A stretch of 64,000 nucleotides of DNA from an uncultured Lachnospiraceae bacterium (GTDB lineage: Bacteria > Bacillota > Clostridia > Lachnospirales > Lachnospiraceae). The position numbers and the translations under genes were made by a program. Of the stretch, positions 8,401-17,931 are shown one piece after another. The stretch's first letter is position 1; each line of letters opens with the position of its first letter. Location: positions 8,894-72,893 of the forward strand of contig CAMOJK010000001.1 in the NCBI GenBank assembly GCA_946616835.1. The letters are read 5' to 3'. The notes beneath the pieces were generated by a model. It worked only from the letters and a program-made list of their open reading frames with translations, ran no database searches and had not been told where the DNA came from.

Positions 8401-9516
8401 ATGAACGATATTGGTCAAAAAGGATATCTAGATATTATTCCACCATTTCTGTCAAAAGAAACGCAAATACACTATTACCAAGATCTTGAAAGGAATATTA
8501 AGTTTAAGCGAAATATAGAGAATCAATTCATATGCATGAAAGGATTTTCTTCATCGACACCATTGTTCCACTCAGTTGCGTTTGATGAATTTAGCTTCGG
8601 CGGGGGATTGTACTTTCGGTGGAATGGAAAGGGAGTGGTGGTTGATCCTGGCATAGGTTTCTTGAGTCTTATGCACAAACATAATATTTTTTTAGCGGAT
8701 GTCGATATAGTAATTGTTACGCATTCTCATTTGGATCATAATCAGGATGTTCGTAGTATTGCTTCATTGCAGTATGACTTAGTCAATCAAAGAAAACGAA
8801 CAAATAAGTTTTTCTCTAGTTTTTTTACGGTTGAAAGTCGGGATTCGGCTTATCATATTGAATGGTATTTGGATGAGACTACCGCTGAAATGATGAAGGG
8901 GCAGATAGAAAATGTTCATCCTTTAGGAGATATGTGTGATGGGAAAACGCATGATATATCATCTGCACTTGATATTGGAATGCGGGTCTTTACTACTAAG
9001 CATTGTGATTTTTCTTATGGGATAAAGCTTTTTTTCAAGCAGAAAAATAGAGAATTCGTGTGGGGATATACATCGGACACAGGTTACTTTGATGGCTTAT
9101 CAGATAATTTGGAAGGATGTGATGCTCTCGTCCTTAATATCTCAGAAGTAGATTCGGCCGAATATAATAGAGAGCAGTTTAAGGAGAATCATTTAGGTTT
9201 TAATGGATGTGTAAGTCTTCTTGAAAAAAATCACCCAAAGCTTACTGTTATTTCCGAATTTGCTTGCATGAGAGGGGATAATCGTCATCTAATTGTAAAG
9301 AATATTGTACGATATTCAGACGAACAGATGAAATTAAGAATTCTACCGGCAGAAATAGGCTTGACTATTGATATATCCGGTGAGATGATGAAATGTTCAA
9401 TATGTGGGGAAGTGGTGTCAATTAAAGAGATATATTCGATACGATCAGAGAAAGATTATTGGAAAATCAGATATGTCTGCAAGGATTGTATTATACAAGC
9501 GGGGAATTTTCGGTGA
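8401..9516 (+). CDS. MBL-fold metallo-hydrolase (nuclease-like) with C-terminal CxxC...CxxC zinc ribbon
   Basis: GFSSSTP, GGGLYFRWNGKGVVVDPG, THSHLDH (HxHxDH), KH, YTSDT, NHLG, KCSICG...VCKDC. Confidence 0.88.
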   Translation: MNDIGQKGYLDIIPPFLSKETQIHYYQDLERNIKFKRNIENQFICMKGFSSSTPLFHSVAFDEFSFGGGLYFRWNGKGVVVDPGIGFLSLMHKHNIFLADVDIVIVTHSHLDHNQDVRSIASLQYDLVNQRKRTNKFFSSFFTVESRDSAYHIEWYLDETTAEMMKGQIENVHPLGDMCDGKTHDISSALDIGMRVFTTKHCDFSYGIKLFFKQKNREFVWGYTSDTGYFDGLSDNLEGCDALVLNISEVDSAEYNREQFKENHLGFNGCVSLLEKNHPKLTVISEFACMRGDNRHLIVKNIVRYSDEQMKLRILPAEIGLTIDISGEMMKCSICGEVVSIKEIYSIRSEKDYWKIRYVCKDCIIQAGNFR

Positions 9517-9932
9517 AGGAATATGAATTTATAATAAAAGCAATAGAAGGTTATTGGAGTGATCAGATAGCGGCTACCATTTGTAGGGAAAGCTATGAGC
9601 AAAAAACAAAAATTGGTGGTTTTCAGGAAATGTTTAGAGAGTACGGCAAACTTCATGAGTTATTTAGTTCTGGACAAGAAAGCGACTGGCAATTGTATAT
9701 TGATTCTATGAAGGGAAAAAGGGAGGAACGTTTAAACGCTTTTATTGCAGATTTAGAAATAGAAGAAGTAGGAGTTGATATAGGAAAGATAAAAAGTCGG
9801 TATTTGGAAGAACTGGAAAAAGAAGAAGATCAGACTGTTGAGAAAAGGGTTTATATTTATCCATATCTTGTTGAACATATGCGAGAATTGAATTCAAAAC
9901 AAAGGGGTGAACAAAATGGCACGAAAATTTGA
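9513..9932 (+). CDS. Hypothetical helical, acidic protein
   Basis: GTGA overlap with MBL stop codon, GGGGA RBS; 139 aa. Confidence 0.65.
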   Translation: MKEYEFIIKAIEGYWSDQIAATICRESYEQKTKIGGFQEMFREYGKLHELFSSGQESDWQLYIDSMKGKREERLNAFIADLEIEEVGVDIGKIKSRYLEELEKEEDQTVEKRVYIYPYLVEHMRELNSKQRGEQNGTKI

Positions 9933-10101
9933 AGAAAAGTATTCGGCACTCGTTTGTGTAGATTTACCTAAGAAAAGGTTAAAATCTGTGGAAAATAGGG
10001 GTGGGTATTTATTTATGGATGAAAAAAAGTCTGATCCTTGGGTGGGTAAAAAACCGCATGCCCCAAACGGATTTGTAGAAAAATATTGCAAGGAGCATTA
10101 G
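9916..10101 (+). CDS. Small hypothetical protein (61 aa)
   Basis: AAGGGGTG RBS; fills the gap between neighbouring genes. Confidence 0.55.
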   Translation: MARKFEEKYSALVCVDLPKKRLKSVENRGGYLFMDEKKSDPWVGKKPHAPNGFVEKYCKEH

Positions 10102-10108
10102 GGATAAG

Positions 10109-10672
10109 ATGGGCAGATTACGACTAGTTTCAGAATATGAGAAAGATGTTATTTGTGAAAATGTATATCATGATGGAATTGTGCAGACATATGATTTTTT
10201 GATTTCATGTGAATCGTTTGCCAATATCATCGGTGAAATGCTTCCAGAGACCTGCTACACTAATTTTAGAGATTGTATATTTCATTATTGGAAATTGTAT
10301 CGGACTTTTGAGAATACGGAGATAGATAAGCAGTTATTTGCAGTTATTGAGCACTCAAAAAGGGCCAAAACTGATGCAAGTGTGGCTTTAATGAAGGAAT
10401 GTGAAATTATTTTGGGGGAACTTCTTGTTGAAAAATCATTTTCGGAAGAATTAGAACGACGATTAATAAAAATGCATGACAAAATAGCCAATGTAGAGAT
10501 GCACTTAAGAATGTCAGGAATGATGATAGGGGAGAGTTCTTTTTTCTGTTTAGATGATGAGCAGATTTTGGATTTATTTGATGAAATGTTGAGGATTTTT
10601 AATGAAGATGCAATAGATATATTTAAAGAGCATGTAAGAAAAAGGAAAATGAATAGTTACAATAATAATTAA
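10109..10672 (+). CDS. Hypothetical alpha-helical protein with RxxxxH (HEPN-like) motif
   Basis: LPETCYTNFRDCIFH...HSKRAKTD; same motif spacing as 3383-3835. Confidence 0.6.
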   Translation: MGRLRLVSEYEKDVICENVYHDGIVQTYDFLISCESFANIIGEMLPETCYTNFRDCIFHYWKLYRTFENTEIDKQLFAVIEHSKRAKTDASVALMKECEIILGELLVEKSFSEELERRLIKMHDKIANVEMHLRMSGMMIGESSFFCLDDEQILDLFDEMLRIFNEDAIDIFKEHVRKRKMNSYNNN

Positions 10673-10674
10673 AG

Positions 10675-11901
10675 ATGAGTAAGAAAAAAAAACATATCCT
10701 CCTGATTTCCCAATATTTCTACCCAGAAACCTTCCGCGTCAACGATATGGCCCAGGAGTGGGTAAAACGTGGATATAAAGTGACTGTACTCACAGGCATT
10801 CCGAATTATCCAATGGGAAAGTTTTTTGAAGGATATGATTATTGGCATAAGAGAAAAGAAAAATGGAATGGTGTACGGATTATCCGTATCCCATTAATTC
10901 CCAGAGGAAACAGTTCCAATAAACTGCTGAATGCTATGGGAATGACGGCGAACTACCTTTCCTTTGTTGCATCTGGCTGGATATGGGTAAAAAGGCATAA
11001 TATCCACGCAGATCTGGTATTTACTGTAGAAGTGAGTCCCATGACGCAAGCACTGATCGGTGTATGGTATGGAAAGAAATATCATGTACCGTCTTTTCTT
11101 TATGTACAGGATCTCTGGCCTGAAAATGTGGAAACCGTAACCGGAATTCATAACAGGGTTATAATTGGCCCGATAGACCGAATGGTAGATAAGATTTATC
11201 GGGAGACAGATATGATATTTACTATCAGCCCGAGCTTTTTAAAGGCGATAGCTAATCGAAAGACCCCTGTTGACCGAAAGAAGGTACATTACTGGCCGCA
11301 GTACGCAGAGGATTTCTACCGGCCTATGAAGCCACAAGCGATAAAGGGGATCGATAATAATGATGGCTGTTATAAAATAGCTTTTACCGGAAATATCGGT
11401 ACGGCTCAGGGGCTGGATGTACTTCCAAAGACAGCAGAATTATTAAAAGACGAAAATGTGAAGTTCATAATTGTAGGTGATGGTAGATATCAGCCTGAAT
11501 TTGAGGAACAAATTAAGAAAAGAAATGTAGAGGCTAAGTTTGTTATGATACCGCGCGTTCCGTCAGAAGAGATTCCTAGAATCCTTAGTGTATGTGACGC
11601 CGGATTTATCAGCTTTAACAAAACCTCACTTTGGGGAAATACCATACCCGCAAAGCTCCAGTCATATATGGCATGCGGTAAAGCAGTTATTGCATCAGCC
11701 TCCGGAGAGACAAAAAGAATTATTGAAGAAGCTGGATGCGGAATCTGCTGTGAGATTGGAAATGCCAAGAAGCTGTCAGAAGGCATAAAGGTCATCATGC
11801 ATCAGGATAATAAAAAAATGGGGAAGAATGCCGTAGAGTATTTTAGAAAACATTTTGATAAGAATATGCTGATGGATGAGATGGATGAGTATATTAACTA
11901 A
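10675..11901 (+). CDS. GT4 glycosyltransferase, WbuB/Cap5L-like
   Basis: SQYFYPE, VLTGIPNYP, QDLWPE, FTGNIGTAQGL, PAKLQSYMACGK. Confidence 0.92.
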   Translation: MSKKKKHILLISQYFYPETFRVNDMAQEWVKRGYKVTVLTGIPNYPMGKFFEGYDYWHKRKEKWNGVRIIRIPLIPRGNSSNKLLNAMGMTANYLSFVASGWIWVKRHNIHADLVFTVEVSPMTQALIGVWYGKKYHVPSFLYVQDLWPENVETVTGIHNRVIIGPIDRMVDKIYRETDMIFTISPSFLKAIANRKTPVDRKKVHYWPQYAEDFYRPMKPQAIKGIDNNDGCYKIAFTGNIGTAQGLDVLPKTAELLKDENVKFIIVGDGRYQPEFEEQIKKRNVEAKFVMIPRVPSEEIPRILSVCDAGFISFNKTSLWGNTIPAKLQSYMACGKAVIASASGETKRIIEEAGCGICCEIGNAKKLSEGIKVIMHQDNKKMGKNAVEYFRKHFDKNMLMDEMDEYIN

Positions 11902-11912
11902 GAGGCACTTAC

Positions 11913-13061
11913 TTGAAGAAGATACAGAAACGAGCCTATCAGCGCTGTTCCCGTTGTGTAATGGACACTACGGACTCGAAGATTATATTCGATGAAAATG
12001 GTGTCTGTGACCACTGCAGGAATTTCGATAAAAATATAAAACCATACTGGAAGCCGCAGGAAAACCGTTTTGATGAACTGGAAGAAATATCGAAGAAAAT
12101 CAGGGAAGCTGGTAAGGGACATGATTATGACTGTATCCTGGGGCTTTCTGGCGGAGCGGACAGCTCTTATCTGGCATACATCGCAGTAGAGATAATGCAT
12201 CTTCGGCCGCTTGTTTTCGTGGTGGATACCGGATGGAATCTTAATGTAGCGGTTGAGAATATAGAGAAGATTGTCAAGGGACTAAATCTTGATATGTATA
12301 CTGAGGTGGTCAATTGGAAGGAGATGGCTGATCTGCAACTGTCTTTTTTCAAGGCATCGATCTCCTCTTGTGACCAGCCGCAGGATCATGCTATATTTGC
12401 GGCATTATATAATTATGCCGTAAAACATAAGATTAAATATGTCCTCACAGGATCCAATAGTGCAACGGAGTTTATCCGACCACCGGTGGAATGGCTATAT
12501 ATGAACGATACTGTGATGCTAAAGGATATCCACAAAAGATTCGGGAAAGTTCCGCTGAAAACATATCCGCTCTGCGGCATGCTGAAATACCGTATCCTGT
12601 ATCGCTATTTCTATGGTATGAAGAGAGTGTTCCCATTGGATTATGTTGTATATGATAAGGAAAAAGCGATGGAACTGCTCCATGAGAAGTACGGCTGGAC
12701 AAAATATGAGAACAAACATTATGAAAATGTGTTCACCCGTTTCTTTGAAGGTTATTATCTGCCGCATAAATTTGGATTTGATACTAGAAAGAATGTATGT
12801 TCCACGCAGATACTTACAGGGACTATGACCCGAGAGGAAGCATTGGAGATACTGGATAAGCCGCCGTATGATCCGGAACAGATGGAACTGGATAAGGAGT
12901 ATGTGGCTAAGAAGCTGGGAATTACAGCTGAGAAGTTTGATGAGATTATAGCGCTTCCAAACAAGACTCCGTCAGATTACCGGAATCAGATGTGGGTGAT
13001 TCGATTTGGAGTTTTTATTTCTAGATTGATCGGGGCAGAGAATAGGAATCTGAGGGTATAA
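11913..13061 (+). CDS. N-acetyl sugar amidotransferase (WbpG/WbuX family)
   Basis: CSRCVMDT, CDHC, LGLSGGADSS PP-loop, DTGWN, PQDHA, KHYEN. Confidence 0.92.
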   Translation: MKKIQKRAYQRCSRCVMDTTDSKIIFDENGVCDHCRNFDKNIKPYWKPQENRFDELEEISKKIREAGKGHDYDCILGLSGGADSSYLAYIAVEIMHLRPLVFVVDTGWNLNVAVENIEKIVKGLNLDMYTEVVNWKEMADLQLSFFKASISSCDQPQDHAIFAALYNYAVKHKIKYVLTGSNSATEFIRPPVEWLYMNDTVMLKDIHKRFGKVPLKTYPLCGMLKYRILYRYFYGMKRVFPLDYVVYDKEKAMELLHEKYGWTKYENKHYENVFTRFFEGYYLPHKFGFDTRKNVCSTQILTGTMTREEALEILDKPPYDPEQMELDKEYVAKKLGITAEKFDEIIALPNKTPSDYRNQMWVIRFGVFISRLIGAENRNLRV

Positions 13062-13700
13062 ATGATAGCGATACTTGATTATGGTCTAGGCAATCTGGGC
13101 TCTATCTCAAATATGCTCAAGGTCATAGGTGAGAAATCTAAGATTACAAGTGATAAAAACATAATAAAAACGGCAGATGGTATCATACTTCCTGGGGTAG
13201 GCGCTTTTGATGCAGGAATGAGTAGACTGGATGAGACAGGGCTGACTGAAATAATAAAGGCAGAGGCGCAGGATGGAGTGCCTATACTTGGGATATGTCT
13301 CGGTATGCAGTTGCTTGGAAGGTGTAGTGAAGAGGGAAGTTTGTCAGGACTGTCCTTAATACCGTTTGAGTGTAAGAGGTTTCGGTTTAATGATAATGCA
13401 TTGAAGATTCCTCATATGGGATGGGATACTGTGGATTTTAAAAAGCAGCATCCGATTCTTCAGGGGCTTGCTGGACAGCAAAGATACTATTTTGTTCATT
13501 CCTATCATGCGGTATGTGATGAATCGGCTGATGTGCTAATGACTTGTGATTACGGATATGAGTTCGCTGCGGCTGTAGTGAAGGATAATGTGATAGGGAT
13601 GCAGTTCCATCCTGAAAAAAGCCATGATTTTGGATTGGCGATATTCAGCAATTTTGTAAAAATCTGCAGAGAATATGGTAATCGAGGCGGAGGAATGTAA
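13062..13700 (+). CDS. hisH: HisH-like glutamine amidotransferase (polysaccharide-associated, WbuY-like)
   Basis: DYGLGN, LPGVGAF, GICLGMQ, PHMGW, YFVHSY, QFHPEKS. Confidence 0.92.
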   Translation: MIAILDYGLGNLGSISNMLKVIGEKSKITSDKNIIKTADGIILPGVGAFDAGMSRLDETGLTEIIKAEAQDGVPILGICLGMQLLGRCSEEGSLSGLSLIPFECKRFRFNDNALKIPHMGWDTVDFKKQHPILQGLAGQQRYYFVHSYHAVCDESADVLMTCDYGYEFAAAVVKDNVIGMQFHPEKSHDFGLAIFSNFVKICREYGNRGGGM

Positions 13701-14470
13701 TGTTTACGAGACCTAGGATTATTCCTACGCTGCTAATCGATGACAGGGATCTGATCAAGACAGTACAGTTTGGGAAGCGTACCTATCTTGGGGATCCGGT
13801 TAATGCAGTCAAGATATTTAACAGAAAAGGTATTGATGAGTTATCTGTTTTGGATATCGGTGCAACAAAGAATGACAGGGAGCCGGATTACGAACTTTTA
13901 AAAGATATTGCCAGCGAGGCGTTTATGCCTCTAAGCTGCGGCGGCGGAATTCGGACATTGGATCAGATTCATGAACTGCTTGCCATAGGTTATGAAAAGG
14001 TGGTTATAAATACTGCGCTAGTGAAAAATCCTGGGTTGATTACTAAGGCTGCTGAACGGTATGGTTCACAATCAGTTGTAGCTTCTATCGATGCAAAAAA
14101 GTGTATGGGGGATTACAAGTGTTTTGTGACTGATGGAACGGAAGAGTCAAAATGGAGCCCGACAGAACTTGCTAAAGAGGCAGAGAGGCTGGGCGTAGGT
14201 GAAATCATCATTAACTTTATTGATAATGATGGTATGATGAAAGGGTATGATATTGCATTAGTGAAACAGGTAGCCGATGTCGTAAGCGTTCCTGTGGTAG
14301 CCATAGGCGGAGCTGGAGGCATCAAAGATCTGAAGAAGGTATTGCAGGAAGGGCATGCACATGCTGCATCCGGCGGAAGTATGTTTGTATACTATGGCAG
14401 ATTAAAGGCTGTCCTGATTACAGCACCCAGTGAGAAAGAATTAAAAGAAGCGGGAATATACAAAAGCTGA
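13700..14470 (+). CDS. hisF: HisF-like cyclase paralog (AglZ/HisF2, WbuZ-like)
   Basis: PRIIPTLL, GDPVNAVKIFN, EAFMPL.CGGGI, DGMMKGYD, GGAG. Confidence 0.92.
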   Translation: MFTRPRIIPTLLIDDRDLIKTVQFGKRTYLGDPVNAVKIFNRKGIDELSVLDIGATKNDREPDYELLKDIASEAFMPLSCGGGIRTLDQIHELLAIGYEKVVINTALVKNPGLITKAAERYGSQSVVASIDAKKCMGDYKCFVTDGTEESKWSPTELAKEAERLGVGEIIINFIDNDGMMKGYDIALVKQVADVVSVPVVAIGGAGGIKDLKKVLQEGHAHAASGGSMFVYYGRLKAVLITAPSEKELKEAGIYKS

Positions 14471-14494
14471 TTGATACATAAGGAGTGTATAAGA

Positions 14495-15664
14495 ATGACT
14501 TATCCGGTAATCAAGCCGAAAAATAACAGAAAATACCAGATTTGCACTTGCTGTGTTATGGATACTTCGGACGAAGATATTACATTCGATGCAAATGGCG
14601 TGTGTATGCGCTGTAATGAATACAAGGAGCGGATTGAACCTGAGTGGAATCATGGAAAAGGTCATGAAAAAGAACTGCATGAGCTTATAAAAGCAATAAA
14701 GAAATCGGGTGAAGGAAAGAAGTACGATTGCATCCTAGGGCTGTCCGGCGGGCTGGATTCTTCCTATATGCTTCATTTGGCAGTAAAGGAATGGGGGCTT
14801 AGACCTTTTGTTTTCCATATTGATGCCGGCTGGAATCTTCCAGTTGCGGAGGAGAATATAAAGAGGATGACGAAGAAACTGGGTGTAAAGCTTCACATCA
14901 AACATATGGACAGAAAAGAAATGATGGAGATGCAGCTGGCATGGTTCCGTACCGGCTTAGAAATGCTTGATGCACCGCAGGATCATGCTTTCATTGCCTT
15001 GATTGACAAGTATTCTGTAAAACTAGGTGTGAAGTACATACTGAACGGATATAATATCTGCACGGAGATTATTGCAGATCCTGCATCATGGGAAAGATGT
15101 TCAGGTCCTACCGGAGATGGTACCTATATTAGGGATGTGGTAAAGAAGCATTGCAATGTACCAATCAAGGAATATATATATACAAGCGGATTGAAGCATA
15201 AGTTTATAAATCCTTATATAAAAGGAATTAAAACTGTGAAGCCTCTAAATTATGTGGAATTCACAAGGAAATCCATGATGAAAACGCTGTCAGAGGAGTA
15301 CGGCTATGTCCCATATGGTCAGAAACATTTCGAAGATCTGATTACGAAATTTTTGGAAGGTTGGTGGCAGCCGACTAGATTTGGGCATGATATCAGAAGG
15401 GCACAGCTGAGTAGTCTGGTGGTTACTGGACAGCTGAGCAGGGATGAAGCACTGGAAATTCTGGAAAAGCCGCCGTTGACGGAAGAGGAGAGCAAGAAGC
15501 TATTCAGAGAAGTAGCAAAAAGATTGCAGATATCAGAAGATGAACTGATGAAATATCACAATATGCCGGAATGTACGGAGAAATTCAGAAGCCAGGAGAA
15601 GTTTTACAATCTGGGGATTAAGGTATATGAAACTCTTGGGCTGGAGAAGAGGATAAGGAAATAG
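14495..15664 (+). CDS. Second N-acetyl sugar amidotransferase (WbpG/WbuX family)
   Basis: CTCCVMDT, LGLSGGLDSS, DAGWN, PQDHA, KHFED; AGGAG RBS. Confidence 0.92.
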   Translation: MTYPVIKPKNNRKYQICTCCVMDTSDEDITFDANGVCMRCNEYKERIEPEWNHGKGHEKELHELIKAIKKSGEGKKYDCILGLSGGLDSSYMLHLAVKEWGLRPFVFHIDAGWNLPVAEENIKRMTKKLGVKLHIKHMDRKEMMEMQLAWFRTGLEMLDAPQDHAFIALIDKYSVKLGVKYILNGYNICTEIIADPASWERCSGPTGDGTYIRDVVKKHCNVPIKEYIYTSGLKHKFINPYIKGIKTVKPLNYVEFTRKSMMKTLSEEYGYVPYGQKHFEDLITKFLEGWWQPTRFGHDIRRAQLSSLVVTGQLSRDEALEILEKPPLTEEESKKLFREVAKRLQISEDELMKYHNMPECTEKFRSQEKFYNLGIKVYETLGLEKRIRK

Positions 15665-15673
15665 GGGTGTAGT

Positions 15674-16846
15674 TTGAAAGTATTGGTTGTTGATAACACA
15701 CATTTAATCAGGGATAAGGAAGGAAGGTATTATTCGGAGTCCGTATACAGTTATGAATTTTTGGAGAGATATCTGGCTGTTTTTGATGCAGTTAGATTCA
15801 TCGGTAAAACAAAATTTGTCGATACGGCAGGAGCAAATTGCAAAAGAGTTGACGGACCGGGGGTAGAAATCGTACCGCTGCCTTGGTATCAGGGTATGGG
15901 GCAGATGCTAAAGGTTTTTCCAAGATTAATAGGAATATACAGACATCTGTTGGATGATTGTGACTGCTGTATCCTAAGAATCGCACAAATAGAAAGTTTT
16001 TTGACATATATTTTTGCAAAGCGGAGGGGAAAACCATTTGCAGTAGAAGTTGTGAATGATCCGGCTACTTTTACTGATATGCCGAATTTATATAGACTTT
16101 TAAGTATTTACATGGTCAAAAAGATGTGTAAGAAAGCAACGGCGGCATCTTATGTGACAAAAGATTTTCTGCAGAAAAAGTATCCAACCGGTGCAAAGTA
16201 TACAACAAATTATTCTTCAATAGAACTGCATAAAGAAAATATAAAATGTTTGGTAGAGCCGTACTCGGGAAATGGGCCGCTAAGAATAGTTCATGTGGCA
16301 AATTCTATAAATACAGACATAAAGGGACATTACTGCTTGATAAATGCAGCCAAAAGAGTCAGGGATGCGGGATATGATGTTAAGGTTGATTTTATAGGTG
16401 ACGGAAATAAAGTTCTTGAATATAAAGAATATATAGAACACAATATGCTGCAAAACGATATTCGTTTTATAGGACGCATAAACGGAAGAACAGAATTATT
16501 ACAGGTATTAAAAGAATATCATTTAATGGTGCTTCCAACTAAAATGGAGGGACTTCCAAGGACGATAATTGAAGCTATGGCAGTGGGAATGCCGTGTATT
16601 TCAACACCAATAGCAGGTGTGCCGGAACTGTTGCCGGGGGAATGTCTGATAACGCCTGATGATGATAAGGCTTTCGCTGAAAAGATAATAGACTGCATTA
16701 ATAATCCAGAGACGATGAAAAAGATGGGGGAAGAGAATATAGAAAAAGCCAAAGAGTATACAAATGATATTCTGTCGGCGAGAAGAAGCGAGATGTATAG
16801 GTTTTTAAAAAGTGAAATAATCAAGAGGAAGAGTGACAGTAATTGA
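15674..16846 (+). CDS. GT4 glycosyltransferase
   Basis: KGH, FIGDG, EGLPRTIIEAMA.G.P (EX7E). Confidence 0.9.
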   Translation: MKVLVVDNTHLIRDKEGRYYSESVYSYEFLERYLAVFDAVRFIGKTKFVDTAGANCKRVDGPGVEIVPLPWYQGMGQMLKVFPRLIGIYRHLLDDCDCCILRIAQIESFLTYIFAKRRGKPFAVEVVNDPATFTDMPNLYRLLSIYMVKKMCKKATAASYVTKDFLQKKYPTGAKYTTNYSSIELHKENIKCLVEPYSGNGPLRIVHVANSINTDIKGHYCLINAAKRVRDAGYDVKVDFIGDGNKVLEYKEYIEHNMLQNDIRFIGRINGRTELLQVLKEYHLMVLPTKMEGLPRTIIEAMAVGMPCISTPIAGVPELLPGECLITPDDDKAFAEKIIDCINNPETMKKMGEENIEKAKEYTNDILSARRSEMYRFLKSEIIKRKSDSN

Positions 16847-17928
16847 CATATATATTGTTAGGTATATTAATTGTTATTAATCTGAGGTTTATTGCCAGTA
16901 AGCGAAATAATCCGGTTATAATAGCTGTTTCAATGGTTATTCTATACTTTATTATGGCTTTTAATACTTATACATCGGATTTTCCAGCGTATGAGATATA
17001 TTATAATACTCAAGATTTTCCGCCCAGTTTTGAGATTGGATATGTAGTATTCTCCCGAATTGTTTACTTCATCGGTTTGAATTATCAGGGATTTCTGATG
17101 ATATTTTTTTTCACCGGATTGTTGTTGACATTATTGGCAGTAAAAGGCTTGGATGCGAATCTTCATTGTGCTGTGCTGTTATATTCCTTGACAAATATGT
17201 TCATGGATGTGAATGAAATCAGGCAGTTTATCGCATATTGTTTTTTTGCTGTAGCGTTGGCAGATTATTCGAAATATAAAAGCAAAACACGCTATGCGCT
17301 GTGGGTGATTGCTTCAGTTCTTTTTCATAGGTCTGCATTATTGCTATTGCTGTTTCCGTATCTTGTTAAAAATATTATTAATCGAGAAAAACTGTTGCGA
17401 GTATATTTTGCAGGTATTATGATTTTTTGTATCATTGTATTTGCTAATGGAAACAGGATACCGGGACTAAATCAGATACTTATTGTAATGGGCTTGCCGG
17501 ATAAGGCTGTTTATTTTGAGACGAGCACTAATATGGGTTTTTTGTTGTTCTGGCTAGCATATTTTACGAATATTGTTGTTGTATATTATGCAAAAATTGA
17601 GGTCTATAAGGACGAGGACAACTATTCGCTGGTTCAAAGAAATTATGTGGATAATTTGTGGGAGTTTTTGCTATATACTGCGTTTGCTATGCCTTTATGT
17701 ATGTTGAACAGCGAATTTCTGAGATATTACAGATTCAGCGTTTTTCCTGTTATCGTAGTTATTTCAGTGGTAATCAATAAAAAAGTGTTTATCAGGGAAA
17801 AAAGCAGCTATCTGCGTGTTATCGGGTTTGATGCATGCATTGTCTTTTACTTAATTGCATATTCTTTAACCTTTCAGCATTGGCGTGTTGTAGGTGAAGT
17901 ACTTGATAATAATCTTTTGAACTGGTGA
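16843..17928 (+). CDS. wzy: EpsG-family polysaccharide polymerase (Wzy)
   Basis: Multi-TM; D..AY..YY, FEIGY, IRQFIA, LFHRSA motifs. Confidence 0.8.
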   Translation: MTYILLGILIVINLRFIASKRNNPVIIAVSMVILYFIMAFNTYTSDFPAYEIYYNTQDFPPSFEIGYVVFSRIVYFIGLNYQGFLMIFFFTGLLLTLLAVKGLDANLHCAVLLYSLTNMFMDVNEIRQFIAYCFFAVALADYSKYKSKTRYALWVIASVLFHRSALLLLLFPYLVKNIINREKLLRVYFAGIMIFCIIVFANGNRIPGLNQILIVMGLPDKAVYFETSTNMGFLLFWLAYFTNIVVVYYAKIEVYKDEDNYSLVQRNYVDNLWEFLLYTAFAMPLCMLNSEFLRYYRFSVFPVIVVISVVINKKVFIREKSSYLRVIGFDACIVFYLIAYSLTFQHWRVVGEVLDNNLLNW

Positions 17929-17931
17929 TAC

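Noticed and set aside
2340-10672. Integron-like cassette array
   Set aside because: No integrase in the window and no attC-like repeat at each cargo boundary; only gene-fragment scars
13062-14470. hisH/hisF as histidine biosynthesis genes
   Set aside because: No other his genes; flanked by N-acetyl-sugar amidotransferases, the usual context for ammonia-supplying paralogs
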